DNA of 62,004 nucleotides, the filler included, from Globobulimina sp. (taxonomy: Eukaryota), in assembly GCA_003354225.1 (NCBI GenBank). It is 23 parts of 23 records of this genome, joined end to end, with 100 filler letters (N's around TTAATTAATTAA, not from the genome) between each part and the next. Parts side by side here need not be neighbours in the genome. Positions count along the whole stretch, not along the records: positions 1 to 2,602 come from PIVH01005784.1; positions 2,703 to 5,304 come from PIVH01005785.1; positions 5,405 to 8,006 come from PIVH01005786.1; positions 8,107 to 10,708 come from PIVH01005787.1; 19 more parts are not named here. One strand, written 5' to 3'. This document shows positions 1 to 10,808 of this stretch, one piece after another (positions within the stretch are counted from its first letter, which is position 1; every line of letters begins with the position of its first letter). The notes under the pieces are model-generated. The model worked only from the letters and a program-made list of their open reading frames with translations. It searched no databases and was not told the DNA's origin. The position numbers and the translations under genes are program-made.

Positions 1-169
1 AAATGAATTTGTATCACAATGAACGAGACTAATGGTTGCATCGTAATGGCACTGTGAAATTTGCGAGGGTTTAGGTTTAGGGATTGTAAAGTTAAGAGAG
101 GAAGTGAGGAAAGTTTTTTGTTATTTTTAATAAGTGTGAGGTTAAAATTTTTTGAGAGTGAGTTTGAAG

Positions 170-2163
170 ATGCAACAACAAGGAGGTTGGAATAACCAAC
201 AACAGCAAAATCAGCAAAATCAACAAAATCAGCAAAACCAACAGCAACAATATGGATCGCAACAAAATTTCAATCAACAACAATATGGAAATCAACAATA
301 TGGTCAACAACAGCAACCGCAACAGCCACAGCCACAGCAACAATATGGCAGTCAATATGGTGGTTCACAAATGAATTTTAATCCAAACCAACAAGCACAG
401 CAAGCACAGCAACAGTATGGTGGCTCGCAAATGCAAATGAATTACAACCAGAACCAGAACCAGAACCAGAATGCGCCGCAAGTGGCTCCGAGTGATTATG
501 GCGGCTCCCAATATGGCAACAAGTTCGACACTCAAAACTTAAACCAATATGGCGGTCACAAATACGGCGCTTATGGCTCCAATTTAAACTTTCAAAACTC
601 CGCAGTGCAGGACTCGCAGACAAATTTAAACCAACAACAACAGCAACAGCAACAATACGGCACTCAGCAGTCGCTGACCGAGAGTCAAATGTCTTTACAA
701 GATCCAAACCGCAAAATGAAGTTAAAACCGCTGAAATGGGACAAGCCGTTGAAAAAAGGCAAGACCAAGACGCAGATATTTATTTGGGGCAAAGCGCGGC
801 CACCAAACGTATGTATGTTTTATAATAATATGTCTCTGAGCCGAATGGCATTCTGCGAATTTGCGTACAAACAAAGATGTTCCCGGCTTCGTCGGACCAG
901 TTAACCCCGTACCACGTGGACAATTTGAGCAAGAAGAAGATATGGGACGTTTGCGCGGCGCGCGAAGGCCATCATTGCTTCGGCATCGGGCAGAATGATT
1001 GGTGCTTTGTGTGGGGTGAGACCAAACAAGTCGGCGCCTTGGGGCTCGGCACCACGGCGCGCAAAACCACGCCGTTCCTGATCCGCGCCCTCCGCAAACA
1101 ACGGGTGAAACAGGCCTGCTGTTCGGCGATCCACTCGCTGTGCATCACGGACCAGCTAGTCATCTATGGCTGGGGCAGCAAATCGTTGACCTTATTGGAC
1201 GCCGACACGAAGGAGCCGACGCCGCTCAATTTCATCAACGGCAAAGGGCTGAAGCGGCTGGCCGCGGCCAACACGCATTCGTTGGCGTGGAACCCCAACA
1301 GCATCGAAATCTATTCCTTCGGCATGGCGGGGCCGTGGCTGGGCTACGACGACGACTCCAACAGCAGCCGCCAGTGCGAGGTGATGAAGTTCGACTCGTC
1401 CATCGCCAGCAACACCGGCTTCAGCATCACGTTCGCCGACGCCTCGTCGCAGTACACACTGGTCGTGCTCAACACGGGCTATGTCGGGGCGTGCGGCGTC
1501 AACGAGCACGGCCGCATGGGCGTGGGCAAGAAGATCCAGTCGTCGTCCAAGGTGATCTGGAACCGCAACCTGCAAAACATCGTGCTGTGCTCCGCCGGCT
1601 CCTTCCACGCCGGCTTCGTCGACACGGAGGGCATTGTCTATACTTGCGGCATCGGCGCGGACTTCCGATTGGGACACGGCGACAAAGAGACGGTGTGGGA
1701 GCCCAAGAAGGTGGAGGCTTGCAAGAACATCCAGGTGTGCCAGATCGAGGCGGTGGACTCGCGCACTTTCGTGATCACGCCGCAGGGCAACCTGATAATG
1801 TGGGGCAAGGAGCCGGTGACGGGGCGCACGCATAGCGGGCCCTTTTTGTACGAGTACTTGAACGCGTATCGCATGTACGACATCTGCGGCGCGCAGGACT
1901 TCTGTGTGGCGATCGGCATTCGCTCGAAAGAGCCCATTCCGAAGCCGAAGGTGGAGAACACGTCGGTGGACGCGATGAACCCCAACGTTCAGGTGGATAA
2001 TATGAACCGTTTGATCGGCGACGTGATCGGAAACTATCACTCGTTGGGCACGGAGCAGAAGTTCGAAGTGGATTCGGTGTACTCGACGTTTATTAAAATG
2101 AAGAAGACGACCAAGGACGAATCGCAGCAAGCGATGATTTATGCGGCGTCTAATTTATTGTGA
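170..2163 (+). CDS. RCC1/BLIP-II beta-propeller protein with Q/N/G/Y-rich low-complexity N-terminus (2 exons)
   Basis: ATG at 170. Intron 809-876 (GTATGT...AAAG) joins ...ARPPN to MFPAS in frame. RCC1 motifs: GALGLG, CSAIHSLCIT, GVNEHGRMGVG, SAGSFHAGFV, GIGADFRLGHGD. Confidence 0.88.
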
Positions 2164-2369
2164 TGATAGCTTACGGAAAGCATTTAAGATTTGGGTTTGA
2201 ATCCCAACATCACATTTTGTTATTTTTCATTGTTATATTAATCACTCAGATTACGAGTATTTCGTATCATGCTTTTTATGGATTGAAGCGATAATAATAT
2301 TTAATTGGAAACCCTGCAATAATGAGCTATATTTGTAGTAAAACGATGCCGCGATTGTTTTTCAAATAT

Positions 2370-2446
2370 ATCACACGCCAGGATTTGAACCTGGATTTCC
2401 TGCATAAAAGCAGTGCTCTACCAATAACAATTGAGCTACGTGAGAT
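2370..2446 (-). pseudogene. Degenerate tRNA-like sequence (tRNA pseudogene or tRNA-derived SINE head)
   Basis: Minus strand folds as acceptor TCTCACG/CGTGTGA (1 mismatch), D arm GCTC/GAGC with a 14-nt loop, and T arm CCAGG-TTCAAAT-CCTGG. The anticodon arm is only CTGC-TTTTAT-GCAG, 2-3 nt short, so no anticodon can be assigned. Confidence 0.65.
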
Positions 2447-2602
2447 TTATCAGCAAATCCATCAAACCATTAAATCCAAATTATCAAACTCCACACTGTG
2501 TCGGTAACAGTGGACAGATGGCTCATTTTCGCATATTTTGCATGTGGATTTGACTGATAACCATCATCTGAAATGGCATCCGATGGCGGAATGACTGCTT
2601 TT

Positions 2603-2702
2603 NNNNNNNNNNNNNNNNNNNNNNNNNNNNNNNNNNNNNNNNNNNNTTAATTAATTAANNNNNNNNNNNNNNNNNNNNNNNNNNNNNNNNNNNNNNNNNN
2701 NN
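2603..2702. other. Artificial contig-joining spacer (N44-TTAATTAATTAA-N44); first of 22 copies
   Basis: Identical spacers start at 2603, 5305, 8007, 10709, 13410, 16111, 18812, 21513, 24214, 26914, 29614, 32314, 35014, 37714, 40414, 43114, 45814, 48513, 51212, 53911, 56609 and 59307. The core gives stops in all six frames, and the intervening contigs decrease steadily from 2602 to 2598 bp. Confidence 0.99.
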
Positions 2703-2810
2703 GATATATTTTTGTTAATAATTAATATGTATCATTATTCAGTTTTGATTTAATTTGAAAAAAAAACTGTTTATATTAATATCAAAACTAAAAACTTTTC
2801 AGTTCAAACA

Positions 2811-4597
2811 ATGAGCCATCACAAACGAAATGACTACAGTTTGTTAACATATTATGCAGATTTTTCAGTTGCAAAAGAAACGCACCAACTCATTAGAAAC
2901 CTACCAGCTGTATGTTGTTCCCACCAACACAAATACCAAACAACTAATTTATTTTAACATAATATCCAGTTTATCAGCAATGATCCGGCAGAGTATTGTC
3001 ATTATTTCGTTGAATCAAACATGAACCCAAAACCACGCAAAAACAATAATATCAAAAATAAGCGCAAATATGCCAGCCGCTCACAAAAAATGCTCAATTT
3101 ATCCAAAACAGCAAATGATTTGAATAAAACTGAAGAACTAAAACAAAAAAACTTGCATTTTTCAACCACAATATCAATGTTAAAATCGGCGAATCCATCC
3201 ATTAAAATCATCAAAGAAGACACATTAACAAATATAATAAAACCATTCATCGATACGCGTTGCGATCGCATTTTAAATCCAAGCAACAAACACAAAGACG
3301 AAATATCATATTTCTTAATGGATAAAGACGGAGTATTCAATATCGACTATCATATAAAGTTAATTTAAATAAATAAAATATGACAAATTCCGATTGCAAA
3401 GACACAAAAATATACAGAAACGTTGAACCATTTCATTTTGGCGGTGATTATGGTCCAAATTACCAAGGCGCACTATTTGTAGATCCAGAAAAATATAAAG
3501 AATACAAACAACAGAAAGAGACCAACAAAAAGAATAACATTCCAACACCGAAACCCACCGAAAAAGAAAAAGTATGTCATGGCTGTCGCACAAAATATTA
3601 TCCAAATGAATGGGAAACAGTTATGTTTTTATAGATTTATAACATGGTTTTATGTATACAGCAACACAATAAATAGCATATAAAAAGCGATGCTCATCAA
3701 AGATATTTATCTGATCCGGCATTTCTCGAATTTAATGAATATATAAAAGCTTTAAATCAAAGATTGAAAAAAAAGAAAATGGAGAAGAATGAGCGAGAAG
3801 AGGCTCAAGTTACGTTGCCAACAAATAATCGCTTACCAGATATAATGGAAATGGATGAGGAGAATGAATATAATGGAATGATCAAATTAAAATCCATTAA
3901 ATACCCAAAATTGAAAACATTTGAATGTGCTGATGAGGATTTTGATGGCTATGCACATGCTCATTTATTGCAGGAAGAGCATGTTTTGAAAGAGATAAAT
4001 TGTAAAAATATTACACATCGATCAAAGAGGAAACGAAGAAACCGAAGTTGTCAGGAAATTGAATGTAATGAGAATGATATTTGTGTGGAACCACGAAAGA
4101 AAAAAAGAAAAATATCAACTCCGGAAAAATCCGAGATAGAAACATCTGTTTTTGATGTAACATTAGAATCAATTGAGGAATATCCAAAATTGGTATTGGT
4201 TGAACAGGAATTTGCATGGAATGAAAGAGACGAACTTAAGGCATTGAATGGTATGAAAGAGAGTGTGAGTACGGTGCGGACAAAAAGAACACGGAGATCA
4301 TCCTTAGGCGGTTTACCAAATAATAATAGTAATATTAAGGTGGTTGATAATAATAAAACAGCTGCAAAGAAAAGGAAAGCAAAACGGGATGAATATATGG
4401 ATCGAATGAGGAGTAATAAAAAAAAGAGAAGAAGTTGTTTGAATGCTATTTTTGATGATAAACGGAGCAATGATGGCGGAATGAACTGTTGTCGACGCGG
4501 AGAATATGTGCCAATGGAAATTTGTAAAAACATGTTCAATTTGGATGATGAGTATGTTCGATGTAAAAAATGTATGCAAGTTTATTGTGTGGAGTGA
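2811..4597 (+). CDS. Dbf4/ASK-like protein with DBF4-type zinc finger (at least 4 exons)
   Basis: Introns 2910-2969, 3359-3417 and 3620-3676 join the short ORFs in frame. Splicing creates KVCHGCRTKYYPNEWET|HIKSDAHQRYLSDPAFLEFNEYI, matching the CxxC...HxxSxxH motif C of Dbf4. IKPFI resembles motif M. The 3' end is uncertain. Confidence 0.6.
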
Positions 4598-4961
4598 CTG
4601 TTGTATTAATTCATGTATTTAATAATCTTAAGTTTAGAGGAAACGAAGTATGGTTTTTACTTGAAAATAGCTAGCAGTTTGTTAGTGTAGTCGTGTAGAA
4701 CATGGACTGCACGGCGCAGAAGAAAGGTTCATTTGATGATGAAGAACTAACTATGATGGCAAATGATATCATATCAGATATGTCTTTCCTTTCGTATTAT
4801 TCTGCCCATAATTATATAATCAAAGACAACTAAACCTTCTTCAAAAAATTATTTATGTTTGTTTTTGTCCTTTTTTTGATGAGTACTTTAAAAGTTAATT
4901 GTATTTTTTCTTAGTAACTAAAGAAACATAATCGGAGTTTGTCGGACCTACAAACATTTTG

Positions 4962-5304
4962 TCAGATTTTGAAATCCTCTGTGAGTCTGATAAATTGATT
5001 TTGTGAGTCTGATAAATCATTTTGTAACTTCCTATTCCGACCACAAATAAATAGTATGCATAAAATCAATACCACGACAACCAATGCTAAAGTACCAATA
5101 ATCACAACTACGTATTGACCAATGCTTAATTTATAACCATTGGAATAAGCTGATGGTGGCACTGAAGGACTATTTGATGGGTGATACACAGACGGATTAT
5201 TTGTAGAATTTGAAGAATATGCAGTTGGTATATTTGATGGATACGTTGAAGGATATGTAGTAGGAATATTTGATACAACATTCACATTTGTAGTCTCCCA
5301 GTTA
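4962..5304 (-). CDS. 3' part of a single-pass membrane protein with P/S/T-rich stalk
   Basis: PTTYPSTYPSNIPT repeats followed by one hydrophobic helix; truncated at the contig edge. Confidence 0.6.
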
Positions 5305-5404
5305 NNNNNNNNNNNNNNNNNNNNNNNNNNNNNNNNNNNNNNNNNNNNTTAATTAATTAANNNNNNNNNNNNNNNNNNNNNNNNNNNNNNNNNNNNNNNN
5401 NNNN

Positions 5405-5566
5405 AATATAATATAGACCAGGTGGCAATTGATAGTATTTTCTGTAAGCAAACCAATACAAATTTCGGGCAGCGTATATTGATACTAATATTGATACTGA
5501 TTGCACAATTTTATTCGATGTGACTGTTCTCTTTACCTCATTTAGTATTTTTGTTAATTTCACCAT
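5405..5566 (-). CDS. 5' fragment, possibly a cytochrome P450 N-terminus
   Basis: Hydrophobic anchor, basic residues, then LPPG proline hinge; truncated, so only suggestive. Confidence 0.35.
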
Positions 5567-5841
5567 GTCATTTAATTTCCTTTCAAGAAAAGCAGTTTCT
5601 GTGAAAACAATTCAAAATATAAATTAAGTGAAATTTACAATAACATAAACTCCGTCAAAGTCCATATAAATATTATAATAAATAAACAATAACATCAATA
5701 TGCATTTTTAAGAGAGATTTTACAAACAATGTACATCAAAAAATGAAAGAAAAACAAGCGACTGCAAAAATAAAAATAGAAACAACAAAAACAAAGCTAG
5801 GAAACAAAAAACACAGAAAAAAAAAATAAATAAAAAAAAAT

Positions 5842-8006
5842 TCACCAATAAGAATTGGCACTTTTTTTATAAGAATGTAGATTTGGATTTGTATTTGCAT
5901 TTTGTCTCTTTGATTCTTGTCTGGAATGAATATGTCTCGTATATCCATTGGGTGCCGTTGCTCCAAATTGTGGCGATGATACATTATAACTAAATTGCCG
6001 CGACAATGACGCTTTTCTCATATTTTGATTAAAAAACTGTGAAGTAATCGATTCACCATTCCTATGCTTCTTAGCACCACCTTTCATCGGCTTGGGTAGT
6101 ACATTTTGACTTTGATTATTTTTATTTTTATTCTTGCCGCCGCCTCTAATCGGCGTCGGAATCACCGTCCTTTGATGGTTTAACAATGCCGATCCATTAT
6201 TATGTTGAATGGTTCTTTGCTCAGAATTCATCCTATTCAACTTATTCAACTGCTTCTTTAGTCCGAATATCGTATCCTGTGATTTCTTAAATTCTTTCTG
6301 ATGGATCTGATCCGATTTCAACTTCAAATCACCAAACGCTTTCATCTCATTCCCCTGTCGATGTATGGCCGCATCCTTCAACTTCAACTTCATATACAAA
6401 CTCTTAATCTCATCGTTCTTATCGCTCAACAGCACACTCTGCGAAATGCACTCTTCAATCTTGGACTGCAGCGCCGATTTGATCTTCATCTGCTCGAATT
6501 GTATCCGTTCCAACTGCTCAAACGTCGCCTGCTTCAAACCATGCATCTGCTGCTCCATGATCTGTCTCTGTCGATTCAACTCATTCTCCTGCTGCGAAAA
6601 CGTCATCTGTGCGTACGCCGAACCTCCCACATTCGCAGTCGTAGTCCGGTTCCTGTTCTGGCTCTGTTTCTGTTTATTCTGCAGCCGTTTAAACTGTTTG
6701 ATCGCTTGCTGCATGAAATCGTCCGCCCGCTTGGCCTCCCGCTTACTGATCTTGGTGATCATATCCTGGCTCTCCTTCTGCTTGGACTGCAGCTTGCTTT
6801 TCAGCTGAACGCACTCCAGTTTGTAGATCTGGTTCTCGGTCTTGAACGACTCGATCTGTTTGCGTTCGCGTTTGCGGTCATCCTCGAAGCTCTCGATGCG
6901 TTCCTCCAACTGCTGCAACATTAACATGAAGCGGTCGCACTCCATCTCGGCGTCCTGCGTCTTATTCTTCTGCACCTTGAGCTGCTCGCTCTTTTTCTGC
7001 ATTCGGATCCTGTACTGATCCAGTTCGTGCACCAACTGTTCCATTTGTTTGCGCAAATCGTAGTTTTCTTGCTGCAAACCTCTGCGTGCTTGCTCCAGCA
7101 AAGCAGGGTCCAAATCCGCCAAATGCGACGGCATCTGCACCACGCTCACAATGGTCGGCTTATCTTCCACGGCGTCGATGTCGCCGTGTTGCATTTCGAA
7201 GTCTTGGTCGCGCCGCACACTGCTTTTGCGCTGCATCAATGCCGGTAATTGCAGCGGCATCTCCTCGTCTTCAGGCACCACCAACGTGCTGTTGCTTTGC
7301 GAGGACGCCGACGACATCAACACCGTCTGCGCCATGGCCAAACTGGCCCGCGGCCGATGCGGCGCAGGCAATATGCTCACACGTTTACGCGGCGACGGGG
7401 CCGGCTCCACGTCGGCTAAGCCACTGTTTGTAGCCGCAGCCGCCTGCGCTTTGATCAATTCTGCCTCCAAATATTGGATGTGTTGCTCGGCTTTGTCTGC
7501 GCGTTCCTCTGCATCGACCAGTTTCTTGTTCAACTCTGTGTTGCTTACGACTTCCATGCTGGATGAATCTGAATGGACGGCCTCTTTCTTTTCCTCCTCG
7601 TCCACTTCCTCATATTTGTTCTCCTCCTGATCTTTTTTTTTCTTTTTCTTAGGCGGCTGGAATTTGGGCTGCGTGCCCGCGCGAAAAAAGCCTTTTTTCT
7701 TCGGTTTCTTTTTCTTTTTACCTTTGCCGTCATCCATAAGATACGCCAGGTCCACCATATCGAGGATGCGGTCCGAATCGCCGAGATCCGCCGTTTTCAT
7801 ATCGCCGGCCTTGGCGCGCAATAGGTCGGATTGCAAGGCTTTGACTAAGGTCTGTAGCTGCAATATGCGCTCATTCAGCCCCTTCACTTCGATCTTGTAC
7901 TCCGCCACGGTTTTCTCTGCATTGATCTTGGCCTTGTTTTTGATTTTCTTGGCGCGGACACCAAAACGCGCGGTGGTTATGGTCTCGTCGGCGTTGAAGG
8001 AAGAGG
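5842..8006 (-). CDS. Kinesin heavy chain-like protein, motor end plus coiled-coil stalk (5' truncated)
   Basis: The frame is open to the contig edge: SSFNADETITTARFGVRAKKIKNKAKINAE is the end of a kinesin motor domain and neck, followed by long heptad coiled coils. Confidence 0.85.
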
Positions 8007-8106
8007 NNNNNNNNNNNNNNNNNNNNNNNNNNNNNNNNNNNNNNNNNNNNTTAATTAATTAANNNNNNNNNNNNNNNNNNNNNNNNNNNNNNNNNNNNNN
8101 NNNNNN

Positions 8107-8526
8107 TAACGCTTCGATATCGCCTTCGCCGTATATTTGTTTCTGGTTTGCATCATCGAACGGTGCTGGATATATTAAGTGATCCTCGTTTTCGGCACCA
8201 ATTTGAATGACTGCAGTAATGTATTTTGCGTTGTTTTGGCTGAATGAAACAATCAATGCCGTATCGGTTATATCTGTCAGAGTGTCACTGTCTATTTGTA
8301 GAGTTAATGTGGTGGTATATTGGGCATGGAAGGCCCATGATTTATTGAGGTGTATTTTCATATTAAATTGGGTTTCGCCCATTGCGTACAAATCCCATTC
8401 GAATGGAGCGTAGTCTGTTACGCCTTGGATTAGGTGCACTGATGCACCGTCTTTGGAGGGATTACCAGGTGTTAATAAAACAGACGTAGATGAATGTATC
8501 AATAATATTAGTATTGCGATGGACAT
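8107..8526 (-). CDS. Secreted protein of unknown function (3' truncated)
   Basis: Signal-peptide-like MSIAILILLIHSSTS; ORF runs into the contig edge; divergent from the 8572 gene. Confidence 0.6.
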
Positions 8527-8571
8527 GATCGTTACACTTAGAAAATCTCAGTGAAATTATACTACTAAAAA

Positions 8572-10005
8572 ATGGGAGCACATAATTCTTTTGAAATTTT
8601 TTTGGCTCCGATAATAATTTTTCTGTTTCTAATATGTGCATTCATATTATTAGGTCTTATCATCCATTTAATCTATAAAACATTTGAAAAATGGAAAAGC
8701 GAAAAATCGAACAAATTAATATTAATTTTGGTTACGACCATTGTGGGTATCTCTTCCTTCGAATTATCATTAATATGTATAATTATTTTGGTTTTCCAAG
8801 CTTATTTATTAGATAACATTAGCCATAGTTCATCGATATCTGCTAAATTCTTTGCTTTTACGCGTGTTTTTGAATATTTAATTGCTGTTTTTGATTCTGT
8901 CGGCCATTTATCAATGTTGTTCGTGTTCATTATCAGATTTAAATTCACATTCTCGAATCAAATATTCTCCACATCACAAAGATTCATACGTTGTCTCTAT
9001 ATTTTGTTAGCTGTATTATTTGTAATGTCCCTAGTTATCATATTTTATGTATTCCCATCGCAAACAAATAAACAACAGCTATTACTTTGGGAACTCGCAT
9101 GGGAAGTTTGTGTAGAATCTACAGTATTATTTATATTAATTTTATTCGTGTATCATTTATACAGTTTATTGAAACTATCAATGATATGTCAACTCAAAAA
9201 CGGAAACAAAACTGATATATTATCTGAAATTACCAAAATCAGTCTTGAACGTTCAAAATCCAGTCATAATAAACCAAGAACCAAATTCAGCAATAAATTG
9301 AGTAAAAACGCCAACAATCTACAAATGACAATTGACGGAACCGCCGTTGATCCCGTACTACCGTCACTTCGTACAAACAATCTGTCTGTCAATAAATCCG
9401 CGAAATCGACAGGTTCAGAATATAGATCAGGTACAGATGACGTAACTGACCATGACGAAAACGATAATAACACTCCAAACAAACAACGGACTCCGTCAAC
9501 GAGTCCACAGCCATCCAACGAACGCACACCGAGTCCAATGCCATCCAACGGCAATCATCACGCAGTGGAGGTATTATCTGTGATGAATAAAATGACAGTG
9601 CTCGTCATCGTAGCCGCAGTCGGATCGTTTATAACCATTATCGGCAATTTTATAATTGAATCATTCAGTGATTATAATGAAAAAGACGTAGCTTCAGATC
9701 AAGGACTCGATCACGACGCACTTTGGGTTATGATCTTGCCCGTATTTGATATGTTTATCACTTCAATTATGCTTTATTTACAGTTCAATTTTAACCATAA
9801 AAGATATCGCAGAATGTGCCGTTGTGTTGATACTATATTTTTAAAGTGTATGTTAGAAATAATTAAATATGTTTTCGATAAGCAACAGAATGACGAACAA
9901 ACCACATCTTTCATTATGGATAATAAGCAAAAACAGGCTCAAATGGGAGAATTGGATATCGATACAAAAACAGCTACCACTCTCACCATAAGCGATAACC
10001 ACTGA
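8572..10005 (+). CDS. Seven-transmembrane GPCR-like receptor with long third intracellular loop
   Basis: 477-aa ORF with 5+2 hydrophobic helices around an S/T/N/P-rich loop, and a Cys-containing helix-8-like tail (YRRMCRCVD). Confidence 0.7.
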   Translation: MGAHNSFEIFLAPIIIFLFLICAFILLGLIIHLIYKTFEKWKSEKSNKLILILVTTIVGISSFELSLICIIILVFQAYLLDNISHSSSISAKFFAFTRVFEYLIAVFDSVGHLSMLFVFIIRFKFTFSNQIFSTSQRFIRCLYILLAVLFVMSLVIIFYVFPSQTNKQQLLLWELAWEVCVESTVLFILILFVYHLYSLLKLSMICQLKNGNKTDILSEITKISLERSKSSHNKPRTKFSNKLSKNANNLQMTIDGTAVDPVLPSLRTNNLSVNKSAKSTGSEYRSGTDDVTDHDENDNNTPNKQRTPSTSPQPSNERTPSPMPSNGNHHAVEVLSVMNKMTVLVIVAAVGSFITIIGNFIIESFSDYNEKDVASDQGLDHDALWVMILPVFDMFITSIMLYLQFNFNHKRYRRMCRCVDTIFLKCMLEIIKYVFDKQQNDEQTTSFIMDNKQKQAQMGELDIDTKTATTLTISDNH

Positions 10006-10357
10006 TGAGGCTCAATTAAAAATTCAAAATTCAACAATAACAAAATAATTTTTGTGTTTTTGTATGTATTTTTTGTATGTATGTGTTTTTGTGTGTATGT
10101 GTTTTTTTATGTATACACATTTTGTGATGTTTGTATTTTTAAAAAAATAATTAAAAGTTGAGATTTGTAACTCTTTACAATTAATTACGATTTGCACAAA
10201 TCTCAACTTTGCTTATTCGTTTGTTGTTTTTGAACAAATATAATAAGCGTTTATATATTGTCAGGAATTAAATTAAATTCCAATTTTAGTATTAACTATT
10301 TTAAAAACCTTAATTATCTTAGCCCTCAATCTTGCAGTAACTGAAGTGAAGTGAGTC

Positions 10358-10708
10358 ATGAAGACGTGTTTCTTGTTTGCCGTGCTATTACCAACCTGTT
10401 TATTTGCAGAATTGGGTTCATATCCTATACGTTTGAATAATGGATTAGGTGCGACGCCACAAATGGGTTGGAACAGTTGGAATCATTACGGTTTCAGCAT
10501 CAACCAAGATATAATGATGTCGACCATGCAGACTTTGGTGAGTTCCGGCTTAGCCAAAGCGGGCTATATTTATGCAAATATTGATGACTGTTGGGCGGGT
10601 TCACGCGGTGCAGATGGTATAGTTGTGCCGGATCAGAATACATTTTCCAAAGGAATTACGCCGTTGTCGTCTTACGCACATTCTGTTGGCTTGAAATTTG
10701 GACTTTAT
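10358..10708 (+). CDS. Alpha-galactosidase, glycoside hydrolase family 27 (3' truncated)
   Basis: Signal peptide plus LNNGLGATPQMGWNSWN, YIYANIDDCW and HSVGLKFGLY. Confidence 0.93.
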
Positions 10709-10808
10709 NNNNNNNNNNNNNNNNNNNNNNNNNNNNNNNNNNNNNNNNNNNNTTAATTAATTAANNNNNNNNNNNNNNNNNNNNNNNNNNNNNNNNNNNN
10801 NNNNNNNN

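Noticed and set aside
67-83. GGGTTTAGGTTTAGGG telomere-like motif
   Set aside because: Only about two imperfect units, and not at a contig end.
901-2130. Long overlapping alternative-frame ORFs here and at 6301-7824
   Set aside because: These are shadow ORFs caused by GC-rich codon use in the RCC1 and kinesin genes.
3945-3972. YAHAHLL as an HUH/Rep motif
   Set aside because: No other Rep motifs; it lies within the spliced Dbf4-like gene.
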